Notes under the pieces: model-generated
Databases searched by the model: none
Seen by the model: only the letters and a program-made list of their open reading frames with translations
What the model was told of the DNA's origin: nothing
Shown: positions 37,628 to 49,700 of the stretch, one piece after another
Position numbering within the stretch: position 1 is the first letter of the stretch
How the letters are laid out: each line of letters begins with the position of its first letter
Position numbers and translations under genes: made by a program
NCBI GenBank assembly: GCA_905178155.1
Contig: CAJINV010000002.1
Coordinates: 12,828,387-12,892,386, forward strand
DNA from: Amoebophrya sp. A120
Taxonomy: Eukaryota; Protista; Dinoflagellata
DNA: 64,000 bases
Direction of reading: 5' to 3'

Positions 37628-40600
37628 GTCTTAGATGGTGTTTCGAAGAAAAGTAGCTTGTTACACAAACTACAAAAAGTAAGAAAACTACTCTTACGGC
37701 TGACGAAAACTCGATGTTATAATACAAATTATTCGCGATGTTTTTCAACTAAATTTTTAACAAAAATACCCCCCCAAAAGAACCCCCCACAAAAAGAACA
37801 GCCACCTGGTGATGAACCACCAGTGACTACAAGTCATTTTGAAGAAGATGAATGTGTGTTCGACAGCAAGCTTGACATCTTCAATCCAGATTCTTCATCA
37901 TTAATCGATATGGATGATTTATTCTCGAATCTCGATAAGAATGAAGATGAAATTTGTACCAATGATGCAGCTGGTCCAACGAGACAGCTGAAAGGAAAAC
38001 GAAAAAGAGCAGAGCTGGAGCTTGCTGAGCAATTTGCAACCCCAGAGATGGCAAATATGACACAACAAGTCCAGGCTCTTGAGTCGACCGATCGCGAAAT
38101 CCGTAAGATTTTATTTCCTCGATCTCATGTTTCGGATGCGTCCAAAGCCGAACGAGTTGAAAAATGCAATCTGTCACAAGATGCAGCATTTTCAATCGTA
38201 GCAAAAGAAAGCGAGCAAAATCATTCGCCCGAGTACACAGCAAGAAAGCTAGCACACCTCTACAGCGTTCGCGAATCAGCATTGAGGAAGGTGCGCGAGG
38301 CGAACGATGCTCATCGGAATAAAAAGGACGAGCAGCTCCGAAATCATGAAACAGCTTTTAATTGTGTCGATGATGCAATTTGCGACAGTGGCGCAACAAG
38401 TCACATGTCGGGCCGACCAGAGATTTTCGAATCTTGGGACGACAGTAATCCAGTGCGAATAACTGTAGCAGACGGAAAAGAGTTGGATGGCCCTGGATAT
38501 TTTGGCACATTGAAACCAAACGCACTTGGTTGCAAGCGTGCAATATTCCATCCATTCCTTCCACAGACCCTCCTCAGTGTCGAGCAACTGAAGAAAGAAG
38601 GCTATAGAGTTGTTTTCGACGAAGGGGGCAACTACTTGCAAAGTAGGAAGACAGGAAAGAGAATTTTTCTTCACAAAGGGATCGGAACCAAGTTGCCGGC
38701 CGTGGCACTTGGGTTCAACGAAGATCCAGGTGAAAAGGGTTTGTTGTGCGAAGAGATCGAGACAGAGTCCACTATGATGACAAAGGCTGAGAAAATGCTT
38801 CTTGATCATCAGCGTGCTGGACATCGTAGTCTACCAGGAATAGTAGTCCGATGTCCTGCCTGCGATCTCGCGAAAAGCAAAGGCGCTCAACATGCAAAAG
38901 CGAAGAAAGAATGCTACAAAGTTGAAAAATTCAATGACCAAGTTGATTTTGACGTTACTGGACCGTGGGAACCTGACTACTGGTCGCAAAGATGGGTGCT
39001 AAATGCCATCGATCAAGCAACCAGCTGGCCTCGTTCTTTCATCTGCAAAAGCAAAGCAGAAGCAGGCGCAAAGCTGCAGGTCTGGATAAATGAAGAGGGA
39101 CCACCGAAAAGAGTGAGATCCGACAATGCCAAAGAGTTCAAGGAACCAGGTAGCACTTGGAAAAAGACAGCACAGAAACAGTCCCCGCCGATTCATACTG
39201 ACTACTCAGCTCCATACGAACCACAAGAAAATGGAAAAGTTGAAAGATACAATCAAACTCACCAGAACGGAGTGAGGGCAATGATGGTCGGAGTCGATAA
39301 GCGTATGTGGAGTTATGCAGCACGCACTTTCTCCCACATATTCGCCCGAACCCCTACAGCCAAAGGAGGCGAGTCGCCATTTGAAAAACGCTTCAAAAGA
39401 AAACCTTCCATCAAGTATTTCCGACGTTTCGGATGCTTGGTATACGCGAAGGATCACTCACAGAAGTCGAAGCTTGAAGACCGGTTTACCCGTGGAATCT
39501 TTCTAGGCTACGCCCAAGAAAATTCTACATACCTGGTAGGCATGTGGTCCGCAGATGGTCGATGTAAGAAAAGCTCCAAAATCCGCTTCGGAGTCCACGA
39601 GGTGAAGTGTTGTAAGTTTGATGAATCAGTGCTGGTCAGCAAGATAGATGATCTGAAGCCGGACGCTGACAAGTTGTTAATTGATTTTCCGAATCCGGCG
39701 CGTCTGGGTGATAGTTCGCAGCTCGTAGAGCCGAATGTGCCCGCTGTAGATCATGATCAAAGCAGTCGTGGTCAGGACGCTCCGAGGACCGATCGTTCGA
39801 AAGATGAAGAAGATGCGGACAAACGCAGTTCGAAGGAAAAAGAAACCGTCGAAAACGACGAGGGCAAGAGTTTCGAAGGGGGTGAGCAACCTGAGGAAGG
39901 GGGCGAGGAAAATCAAAACCCTAATCAGGATTGGCTCGATTTGTTTTCAGAGGAGGCGCCTGAAAAATCCCCGAAGCAGAAAAAGAAAGCTGAGAATGGA
40001 AATCGAAAAAGAAAGTCTAATACAGTTGATGCTGATGAAAAAGAGAACGAGACACAAGAAGCGCCTAGGATCCTCGTTGAAGGACCTACACGAAAGAAAC
40101 TTCGCAAGAAGGGCCGAGGGCATGACAAGAAAAAGCGCAAAGAACGCAACGACAAAGGCCAAAGTCGTGGCCCTCGAGCAAAGAAAAGGCAGAAAGTCAA
40201 TCTTGTGTCGTCATCTGACCTTTTGAAAGATCTACCGATGGAATTTGAAAAAGAAGCAGAAGCTATATTCCAGATTCGTCATGAATTAGAGGAGGACGAA
40301 ACTCCTTACCTCTTTGGCTTGCAGCACACTTGGGCCAAGTGTCTGGAAAGTCCTGACGCAATCAAATGGATCGAGTCAGATACGAAAGAACGCCTAGCGC
40401 TAGAAGAAGCAAATACGTGGAGGCATGCAACCGCAGAAGACATCAAAGAGATGGGTGATAAGTTAGAGATTATCCCGACGGTATGCATCTACACGAAGAA
40501 GAGAGACGGACGCTACAAGTGTCGTCTCGTAGCACTAGGAAACAGGCAAAAGCTATCTCTTCAAGGAGAAATATACAGCCCAACTGTGAGCCATGCCGCT

Positions 40601-41989
40601 AACAGGTATTTACTTGTTGAAGCAGCAGCACGCGGATGGAAAGTTAGACAGTTCGATATTTCAAATGCGTTTGTGCGTGCAGCTCTAGGTGACGAGATCG
40701 TGTTATGTCGCCTGCCCAAGCACAACAGCTGGAGCAAGAACAAAGAAAAAGGCGATGTTGTCAGGCTGTTAAAGTCGTTATACGGTCTGAAGATCAGCCC
40801 ACGCCGCTGGTATGACGAATATTCCGGCAGACTCAAGAAGTTAGGCTGGGTTGTATCCGAACACGAACCAGGTTTGTTCAAGAAGTTTGCAAAAGACAAA
40901 CAGGGAAAAGAGCAAGAGCTCTGGCTAGCAGTTTACGTAGATGACAACATTATCTCAGGCGAAGATGATGACCTTGTCGCTGCAGAAATGAATGCAATTT
41001 TAGCAGAGTTCCCAGGAAAAGAAATTCTCGCAGAATATGACAAGGAAGGCAATGAGATCCGCGACCTTCTCGGCGCAAAGTTGACCTTCAACGCGAAAAA
41101 GAGAGTCATGAAAATCACTTGCGAAGACGCAATTGATAAGCTGCTTGAGAAATTTCACATGAAGGACTGCCGCGCAGTAGTTTCCCCATGTTTACCAAAT
41201 TCCCACGCAGACTTGGACTCGCCGTCGAATTCCACATTTCCGATAAGATCGCTAGTAGGCGGAATGTTGTATATCAGTTGCGTTGCCCGGCCTGATATCG
41301 CATTCGCAGTACAAAGAGTAGCGACGCAGGTAGCTAGTCCAACCGACCAAACGGTAAAAGATGCTAAGCGTATTCTGGCGTATTTGAAAGGAACCAAATC
41401 GCAAGGATTGGAATACAGCAAGCAGCAAGAGAAAAAGTTCAAAGAAATCTACACAAAAGCCGCAGAGCTAGAAAACAAGGAATACAGAGACACTATTGCT
41501 TTCTGCGATGCAGATTTTGCAGGATGTTCTGTAAGTTTTCGATCCACGTCAGGAACAATCCTATATCGACGCGGAGTTCCCATCTGTTGGAAGTCGAAAC
41601 GTCAATCGATTCGAGCTACGTCAACAATGGAAGCCGAGTATTGCGCGATGTATGACTGTGTAAGGATGACTATGGACCAAGGATATTTGAACTGGTTTTC
41701 AGAACAAGAGTCAGGATCTCTACCGTTGATCTTCAACGACAACAAGTCCGCGCTTGCGTTGAGTCAGACAACCGTAGCCACGAAAAGATCCAAGCACATG
41801 AGTCTTCGACTACACCTAGTACGAGACTACGTAAAAGACTTGTGCTATGTAAACACGGATATCAATCTAGCGGATGGATTGACAAAACCACTTCCAGGAG
41901 AGAAGTATATCCAAATCTTCAAAGCTCCCGCACGAAAAGCTAATGAAGTATTTGCGAAAGCCCACTTTGTTGACTTCAATAATCTCTAG
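37628..41989 (+). CDS. pol: Copia Pol (protease, integrase, reverse transcriptase, RNase H)
   Basis: DSGATSHM; H-H-C-C; DVTGP/RSDNAKEF/ENGKVER; QFDISNAF/KSLYGLK/VYVDD; CDADFA/EAEY/ADGLTK; same frame as gag, open immediately after the gag TGA. Confidence 0.95.
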   Translation, partial: VLDGVSKKSSLLHKLQKVRKLLLRLTKTRCYNTNYSRCFSTKFLTKIPPQKNPPQKEQPPGDEPPVTTSHFEEDECVFDSKLDIFNPDSSSLIDMDDLFSNLDKNEDEICTNDAAGPTRQLKGKRKRAELELAEQFATPEMANMTQQVQALESTDREIRKILFPRSHVSDASKAERVEKCNLSQDAAFSIVAKESEQNHSPEYTARKLAHLYSVRESALRKVREANDAHRNKKDEQLRNHETAFNCVDDAICDSGATSHMSGRPEIFESWDDSNPVRITVADGKELDGPGYFGTLKPNALGCKRAIFHPFLPQTLLSVEQLKKEGYRVVFDEGGNYLQSRKTGKRIFLHKGIGTKLPAVALGFNEDPGEKGLLCEEIETESTMMTKAEKMLLDHQRAGHRSLPGIVVRCPACDLAKSKGAQHAKAKKECYKVEKFNDQVDFDVTGPWEPDYWSQRWVLNAIDQATSWPRSFICKSKAEAGAKLQVWINEEGPPKRVRSDNAKEFKEPGSTWKKTAQKQSPPIHTDYSAPYEPQENGKVERYNQTHQNGVRAMMVGVDKRMWSYAARTFSHIFARTPTAKGGESPFEKRFKRKPSIKYFRRFGCLVYAKDHSQKSKLEDRFTRGIFLGYAQENSTYLVGMWSADGRCKKSSKIRFGVHEVKCCKFDESVLVSKIDDLKPDADKLLIDFPNPARLGDSSQLVEPNVPAVDHDQSSRGQDAPRTDRSKDEEDADKRSSKEKETVENDEGKSFEGGEQPEEGGEENQNPNQDWLDLFSEEAPEKSPKQKKKAENGNRKRKSNTVDADEKENETQEAPRILVEGPTRKKLRKKGRGHDKKKRKERNDKGQSRGPRAKKRQKVNLVSSSDLLKDLPMEFEKEAEAIFQIRHELEEDETPYLFGLQHTWAKCLESPDAIKWIESDTKERLALEEANTWRHATAEDIKEMGDKLEIIPTVCIYTKKRDGRYKCRLVALGNRQKLSLQGEIYSPTVSHAANRYLLVEAAARGWKVRQFDISNAFVRAALGDEIVLCRLPKHNSWSKNKEKGDVVRLLKSLYGLKISPRRWYDEYSGRLKKLGWVVSEHEPGLFKKFAKDKQGKEQELWLAVYVDDNIISGEDDDLVAAEMNAILAEFPGKEILAEYDKEGNEIRDLLGAKLTFNAKKRVMKITCEDAIDKLLEKFHMKDCRAVVSPCLPNSHADLDSPSNSTFPIRSLVGGMLYISCVARPDIAFAVQRVATQVASPTDQTVKDAKRILAYLKGTKSQGLEYSKQQEKKFKEIYTKAAELENKEYRDTIAFCDADFAGCSVSFRSTSGTILYRRGVPICWKSKRQSIRATSTMEAEYCAMYDCVRMTMDQGYLNWFSEQESGSLPLIFNDNKSALALSQTTVATKRSKHMSLRLHLVRDYVKDLCYVNTDINLADGLTKPLPGEKYIQIFKAPARKANEVFAKAHFVDFNNL

Positions 41990-42057
41990 GATTGATTGAT
42001 GCGAATTTCACACAAAGTCATCTCATCTGATTCATTTCGATGATTTAATGTTCATTC

Positions 42058-42068
42058 GGAAGGGGGAA
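42058..42068 (+). other. Polypurine tract
   Basis: GGAAGGGGGAA abutting the 3' LTR. Confidence 0.9.
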
Positions 42069-42542
42069 TGTTAGGCAAGATATGAAATCCACCAGGATCA
42101 TAAGCCAAGCAAATTCCCTACGACCTAAATTGAATGTTCATTGAAATCAGGCTCTAAATTTGTCGTTCAAATTTGGATCCAATGTGAAATCAGTGAAATC
42201 AGCATGTTCATACAAATGAACAAAAATGAAGTTCATTCTAATCCCACACTGTAAGCTAGTGATGATCAACGATGGTTGATCGGATTTCTCATAAATTTAG
42301 GGTGATTAGAACAAATTTGAACTTTCATGTTTTACCCCCTGACTGAGACGTCAAAATTTGTGTGTTGTTTGGAACGCTAAATTTTTCCCCACAGGCTGTG
42401 ACGATAGTCACCATAGATTGATTGCGACTAAGAAACACTGAATCCCACCTAGATTCTGTTTGACATGCAAGATGGCCAGTGTTCACACCGCCCGCGTTTC
42501 TTCGTCGTTGATTGTCTTCACACCGTAAAAATTCGGTTGACA
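42069..42542 (+). repeat. 3' LTR
   Basis: Two substitutions seen versus the 5' LTR. Confidence 0.95.
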
Positions 42543-43740
42543 ATTAACTAACAGCAACAACATCAACATGCTTACTCGGAGCGGAGCAGTAACAGAAGAG
42601 GTAGGCGGAGAAAACTACCAGTGTTGCAGACCAGAACTCATTGTAAAACTCCCTTGAGTGTAGTTATCTAACAAGTCTATAATATATTTCAATTTTAATA
42701 CCCTTGCGCTACCGTTCCTCTCTCTTTCTATTTCTGATTTCAGTTCGACACCTGGTGGCCACCGGAGGCGAAGGGGCTGCCGGGTGGTTGCGTCGGGGGT
42801 TAGGACTAGAGCCATGGATGAGGTGGTAATGGCAATAGTCCCTGAATGCCAGCGGCAAGAGGAGGCGCCAACGGCAAACTCCCCCCCGGTGGCCGGGCAC
42901 TGCTAAAACGGGCGGTGAAACGTCACTGGGGGTGCAGAAGTGGTCTAACCACTCCTGCAGAAGCATTTACCTTCAGGAATTGCACTACAGTATGTGGGAG
43001 GCTTTTACCGCTCACCTTGAGAAGCGCACACGTCATTCTATTTCTGATTCCTTGCTTTGGTCGCGGCCTTGATGTTTATTTCCGAGGTTTGTATTCTTTC
43101 TTGTTTTGTCTTTGTCACGCTGAGCTACTGCCGCAAAACGAACAAGGACTTTTCGACTAACGATGCGCTACTTGTCATTTACGAAAATAAAGTCGTCGAC
43201 AGACAGCCGCAATCAAAAAAGTGACACAGTCCGGGCGGTGAAGCCATAGCTCAAAAATCCCATCTGCGAAATATGGGTCCTCTATGCAGGAAGCTTGCTT
43301 TGATCGTCTTCTCTTACTTCGGTCTTGCCATGTTTTAGCAGAAACTGTAATAGGGTGCAGCTCTTTCTGTCATTTGACTTCCACTAGACGCAATGTTTCA
43401 CCTGCGGTCTGTCTGTGCACTCCGATTGCTGGCACCGATAGCAAAGAAACTTTCGATAAGGTTGACTTGTTGAGCTGACAGGAGCGAAAGCGCTGGAAAG
43501 CGTGCGTTTCAATCTCCGGTATGAGTGCCGGCGATAAACGACAAACACTGTGTGTGATAGCTTATTCAATAATTTTTTGGAATAAAAAGCATGAGCGCTT
43601 GACGAAGTAAAGAAGTAGGTCACTGAGGAGCTGACGCCTCGCCCAGGCGAGCGATAACGTCAAGACGTAGAGGTAGTAAGTTCGTCGTAGTACTGTGTTG
43701 TCTGTCTTCCCCGTGGGCTTCTAGTTCCAAAAACAAGAAC

Positions 43741-46256
43741 ATGCCCGAGCAGTCGTTAGCGGCTTTGTTGCAGGGAGCCTCCACGGCTTCCTCCTCCTCG
43801 TCGTTTAAGCACGTGTCGTCCTCGGACGGCAATGTAGAGGAGGAAGACCTCGCAACCCGCACGGATTACACGTTTCACTACCTGCCGGACGCGAAGTTTC
43901 GCATGTGGACCGACCGCGGGTTCCAGATGCTGCTCACCAAGTGGGGCTTCGGCGAGTCCATGTGCATCGGCAAGTGGAGGTTCGAGGAGAAAGTTGAGCC
44001 GGGGAACCGAGAGCAGGGCAAGAATTTGGTCACTAGCTTCTTCAAGTCCGAGACCAACCGCGCGGCGCTGCAAGCGCTCGGTGTGAGTGTGTTGGCACCA
44101 GCGAAATTGGAGGTGAGAACAGCGCCGGTTGCAATTGACTTCTGTTGTTTTGTACCGCTGGCACGTCTTCTGAGGCCGACCCGGTTAGGAGTGAGGGCCG
44201 TAGTGGTGCTTATGCTTGGTAGTCTCTCATAATAAGCACTTAGGTTTCATCTCGTTCGCGTATTGAGATGAAAGTAAAGAACTCTCTTTAGTGTTTCTGC
44301 ACTGAGCCGACCGCCCAACACTTCTCTACAAAGGTGGAAGTCGAAGACATATCAACGGCGGAAACCAGTATGCGCTTGTTCGAGAAGCTGGAGGAGTGCG
44401 GCGCGGTCGGAAAAACGGGGCACATCAAAGGCCGGCTGGACGAGTTTGTAAACGACGTCGTAGTTATATCCAAGGCAAAAAATCTGTCAGCGTAGGCGTC
44501 TTGTTGCGGTAACAAAATGACCACAAATTCGTTCTGCATGGCAGTGACATGCTCATCCTGTCATGCGCAGCTAGTACGTCGTGAAAACACGTATGAAGAT
44601 CGGACATTATTTGATTATGACTTCTGGCGAGAAAGAATGACAATTGTAACTGTTTCGCTTTGTCGTTTTCCGCATTACCGACTTACAATTCCTTACGCAT
44701 TTTTGCTTGCATAGGCTAACAGCTTGATTCGGGAGGTGTTCTACATGGAGGAAAGCGACCTCTACGACGTCTATACGGAGAAGGACCGAAAAGAGTTTAT
44801 ACTCAGGATATTCCAGCACCTGCAGATTGGTATTTTTTTCCAAGGTTCATGATCAAACGCATGAAGATCGATCCCTAGCGTCATCATAATAATCATCATT
44901 TAATTTTGCGCCTTTTATGATGATTTTCCCGATCATTAAACACTTTGATGTAGTACGCGCAAATAATTTTGCGGGAAAGTTGAAGTGGCCACTTCAACTT
45001 TCCTCGGATGAGAGAAGTCGAGGTGGCCACTTCGACTTTCCTCCTTTGCGGGAAAGTCGAGGTGGCCACTTCGACTTTCCTCGGATGAGAGAAGTCGAGG
45101 TGGCCGCTGCAAGTCGAATATGATTAAATCATATCAGAGCCACATCACCCATCGTTATGACCTGCGGGCGTGTGCTGTCACTGTGACGCGATTATGAAAA
45201 ATATACAAACACATAGGCGGCGCAACCAATCAATATGAGGACGACATCGGTGAGTACCTAAAAGCAACGAAAGCTTTGTACCGCGACTTTATCGAATGCA
45301 AAAATGCCTGGGTCTGGAAGATTGCGAGATTTGTCATGCTTGTCTTTAATGACTCTGGAACTTGTCATGCACATTAGCATTACCCAAGAGCCCCGTTTTT
45401 CTGTCATGCAGAAACGCAGTTTGTCATGCATCATAGGCAACACCTAGAAGCTCAGAAACTTGTTTTGCTGCGCCAGCACTTGTGCTTGTGGCCTCCCTGC
45501 TCATGATACGCCACCCGGCATCACAAGTTTCCAGACCCAGACATTTTTGCATTTGATAGACTTGGTGTCCGTACGAAAGAAGGATGACGGCGAGCCGGAA
45601 GTCACGTCCATGGTGTTTGAGGTACCAAGAATTCTATTTAATATAGAGGGGCAGGGGTGCGGAAGTTTAAGTTTTAAGTATTTCTACTAGTTTGCGGATT
45701 GCATGTTGTCCATGTGCATGATCTCCATGTCCAAAAGGCACGTTGGGTCGTGTCCTACTGAGTCAGAGTCTACTGTCGAACATAAACAAGCTATTAACCG
45801 AAACCACGCTTCGAGGTGACTGGGTTTAACGGCCAAAGAAACGGTGGCCTTTTCAAGCGGGACCACACGACGAATTATGAAGTGCACGAAAAATATCGTA
45901 CTAGTATAGATTGCATCACAAATTTTGGCAAGAAGAAAAGAGGAATTCGTAAAAATACTGCCTTGCCTTTACCTTATCCTTAGGAAGGAGATTTGTCATG
46001 CGTATTTGCAATCAGTACGAATGCGATACTTTTGCACAGGATACGGATTTCTGTTACCTGATTGTGGACGGTTTGCTGCGCCACGTCACTATGTGGAAGT
46101 TTGCGTACGAAAGTGCGTGGTGAACAAAGAAACAGTGCTGGAAAGCTCTTCTTCCTGCTGTGTCGTGATGAGGGTGCGCGCAAATTTTCGCTCTTGCAAC
46201 CATTCGCACTTCTATGCTGACGCTAGTTCTTGCACTTGCAGGTGCAGAGTTTTTGA
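43741..46256 (+). CDS. CFAP300: Cilia- and flagella-associated protein 300 (C11orf70 homolog); 3' end uncertain
   Basis: Spliced [64 protein letters not shown] matches the CFAP300 conserved block. Confidence 0.88.
44467..44713. mobile_element. Introner family E-related (decayed)
   Basis: TATCCAAG...CTTGCATA, flanks AGTTA/GGCTA; frame kept (VVVNSLIRE). Confidence 0.78.
44973..45105. repeat. Short array of 28-bp palindrome (same family as 49455-50020) in intron 44830-45216
   Basis: GAAAGT(T/C)GA(A/G)GTGGCCACTTC(A/G)ACTTTC x ~4. Confidence 0.9.
45290..45558. mobile_element. Introner family A
   Basis: TIRs, DR GACTT; removal restores conserved YRDLVSVRK. Confidence 0.92.
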
Positions 46257-46751
46257 ATTAGATCTTCGTCGTCTCTTCTAAGGTTTTTGTTCTTTTCCGC
46301 GAGTTTCCTTTCTCTGATAAGACTCAGGGGCACCCTGCACAAGCATTCGATTTCGACTTTCATTGTTGTTTTCGGTACCTATCGTGCTGAACGCTGGATA
46401 GCGATGATCGCTCGAGCGACTCGATTTCAATCTTGGAGAGTGCACCACTGCCATGTAAGATGAGAGGTTCTTTCGAGAGGAATAAGCTCGGATCCCTTCC
46501 CTCGTCGTTAGCATGAGCATATCATGGCGAATAGTCTTCTAGTGAAGCAAAAGGAATTTGTTTGAAAATGAAACTTCACATCTAGTACCATGCGCATGTG
46601 GTCAAGGCGCATGATAGAAACTAAGAAGAGCAACAGGTGGACTTAGTTTCCGCTTCTTTCGCGGTTTCATCAATTGAGTGCGATTAGTAGTCAGTGCTTG
46701 ACCACAAGTAGAACTTTGCTCGCCGCCCTGCATCACGATCCGGCGAGGAAC

Positions 46752-49700
46752 ATGAAGCCGGGCTCCGTGGGTGGCGCGGGCGCGCGCCTAAACCACGGAA
46801 CGGGAGGCAATTCGGCGGCCAGTGCGCCCATAACTACTCCCCACCGCAGCAGCCCTCTATCCCAGGTCGCGGGAAACGCAGTGCTGAAATGGCGCGGCGT
46901 CTTCAATTCCGGAGGGTCTTCAAGCAGCACGGCGGAAACACCGTAAGAGGAACCTTGGTTGATAGATCTGCAAGAAGTTCATGACGCGTATGCTTATCCT
47001 TATGCTCGCGCGGCAGGTTTCATGTTGTAAGTACTTCCTCCTTGATTTGGTAAAAGTATCGTATACCAACTTTTATCTTCTAACAAAGCCCGGCTCCGTG
47101 GTAGGTCTAGGTTGGCAATTTGTTTCACGAACCACACCAACAGAGTTTTATTTGGTCTTCGTGCTGACAGCTACGCCTTGGACGACTTCATATACTTATT
47201 CATCATTCTACCGAAATAAACAGTCCTCCGCGCGTGCTCCCCGGAACGACCCCGGTGACTGGCACGACCAAGAACGGTAACTCGTTTTCCGAGTCGGAGG
47301 ACGCATCCGGCGGCGCGGTATCAAATGCAAAAATGTCTGGGTCTGGAAGAGTCATGCTGTTTTTGCATGACACAGCAGGTCTGGCATGGACGATCTAGCA
47401 TCACAGGTTTCGAGGAGCTTCCGCAATGCCCATGACAAATCCCCCATTTTGCTGGCAGAAAGTGGGCAGCTTCTGCTACCTATGCACGAGAAATTTTTCT
47501 GTGTTCTGAAATGCGCATCACAAGTTTGTATTCTTCCAAACCCAGACATTTTTGCACTCCATACGCGGCCACGAACAGCAACAGCTACAACGAGCACCAG
47601 GCGCTTTCCCGCGCCGCCTACGACCTGGACGAGCTTCTGGCGAAAGTAAACGCAGCAAAGGCCGCCGGGTTACCAGGAACAACCGGCTCTGGTACTTCCA
47701 CTGCGGAAAACGGAACTGGCGGTCTCGGCGGCGGGGATCATGGCACGACAATATCTTCAAGCGGCGGCGCAGCTGGAACAGGAGCAACGGGGCCTTTGCA
47801 GCCAGACGGGGCCACGACCGCAACGGGTGCCCCACATCAACACGTGAACATCGTCGGCGGCGGGACGAAAGTGCAGCTCGGCGAGCGCAGCAACCTGTTT
47901 TCGACCAAGATGGAGCCGCGACGCGGCGGCGCGAAGATGAAGCTGACTAGGCCCGGCAGCACCAACTCGTCGCAGGATCCGCACCAGGTGCTACCCTTAA
48001 GCTCGGCGCTCGGCGGGAGTAACAACAACAATAACAGCCACAATTCCTTTCTGAACGACGGCGGCGGAACAACCGGAAACCACCACCCAACGACCAAGCC
48101 GCTCTACGGAAATGGTGCACAGAACAACAACGGCCCCCGAGGGGCGCCGCGGCGGGCCGGGAACGCGAAAACGAACCTCGCGAACGGACATTTCAGCAAC
48201 TCCTCCAAGGAGTCGGACCACAACGCCAGCACCACATACAACACCTCGTCCTCCGGTGGGGACAGCATATCAAATGTAAAAATGTCTGGGTCTGGAAGAT
48301 TGCGAGGCTTCTCATGCTTGTCTGGCATGACTCTTAAATCTGTCATGCACGTTACCCAAGAGCTCCATTTTTCTGTCATGCAGAGACGCAGTTTGTCATG
48401 CAGAATAGGCAACACCTAGAAGCTCAGAAACTTGCCATGCTGAGCCAGCATTTGCGGCCTCCTCACGATACGCCACCCAGCATCACAAGTTTCCAGACCC
48501 AGACATTTTTACAGTTGATACAGCAGTTCCGGGGGCAACGTCTCGTCTTCGAACAACTCGCTAAACGGAGACGTGAACAACGGGTCCAGTATATCCTGAG
48601 TAAAAACGTCCCCACCCCAGAGTTGTCATGCAGATTTGCGACTACAGGAACATCTGGCATGCGCAGACCCAAGAGAGGCATTTTATTTTTAAGTCGTGTT
48701 TTGGTATTTGTAATGCTGAAAACAGGATGAGCAGATGGATTTGTGATGCGATTTCCGTTGCTAACCTGCACTACACTACGGACTGCAACTTGTCACGCAT
48801 GCGTCCCAAAACTTCTGGATTTGTGTTGCCAAGTTCCCAACTTGACTATGGGGTGGGGACGCTTTTACATATGATACAGTAACCAGCCGGGCGGGACGAG
48901 GAACAGCAGCACCGCCTCCGGCGGGGGGGGACCACATTTCGGCGGTAGTGGGGAGCAGCAGCCGGGCGGGGCGGGCGGCAGCAACCAAAACACGCGCGAG
49001 CGTCGGCCCTTTTCCTTCTTGAATCCGCCCGGCGGCGCGCAAGTGAAGAGGCGGAAGACCACTGTCTTCCGCGACGACCGCTCGCACATCGACTCGAGGC
49101 AAGTGGTGAACCGGCTGCTGCTCGCGAGCCTGGAAGCGGCCCAGGCGGGGGGAACAACTGCGGCGAATGTGAAACGCAAGTGCGGGTGGGCACCTCCGCC
49201 GACCGCGGTGCTGTTTCCTCCAAAAGACGACGACTTCCTGCTGTCGTCCGATGTCAGCAGTACTACTTAGAGCCTTATCGAACAAAAAAGGGTGGATACA
49301 TGTTGAATACAAGATCAATACTGCCACGAAAATCGAACAACGGCAGTGATCTTTTTCTGTGTTTCTTCCATCCTTCTTGTTTCAAGTATAGCTATAGTTA
49401 CTATACTGCTGGTCACCACCAGCAAAAAAAGTCCTGGTGGTCACCACCGGCAAAAAAAGTTGAGGTGGTCACTTCAACATTCCTCGGATGAGAGAAGTTG
49501 AGGCGCTCACTTCAATTCTCCTCCGTTGAGGGAAAGTTGAAGTGGCCACTTCAACTTTCCTCGGATGAGAGAAGTTGAGGCGCTCACTTCAATTCTCCTC
49601 CGTTGAGGGAAAGTTGAAGTGGCCACTTCAACTTTCCTCGGATGAGAGAAGTTGAGGCGCTCACTTCAATTCTCCTCCGTTGAGGGAAAGTTGAAGTGGC

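Larger units (their letters stand above)
35142..42542 (+). mobile_element. Full-length Ty1/copia LTR retrotransposon
   Basis: 474-bp TG...CA LTRs, TSD ATTAA, gag + PR-INT-RT-RH, polypurine tract. Confidence 0.97.

Noticed and set aside
993-48771. Recurring small ORFs with IKCKNVWVWK / SNVKMSGSG / FQTQTFLHLI peptides as a protein family
   Set aside because: They are translations of the family A TIR in different frames.
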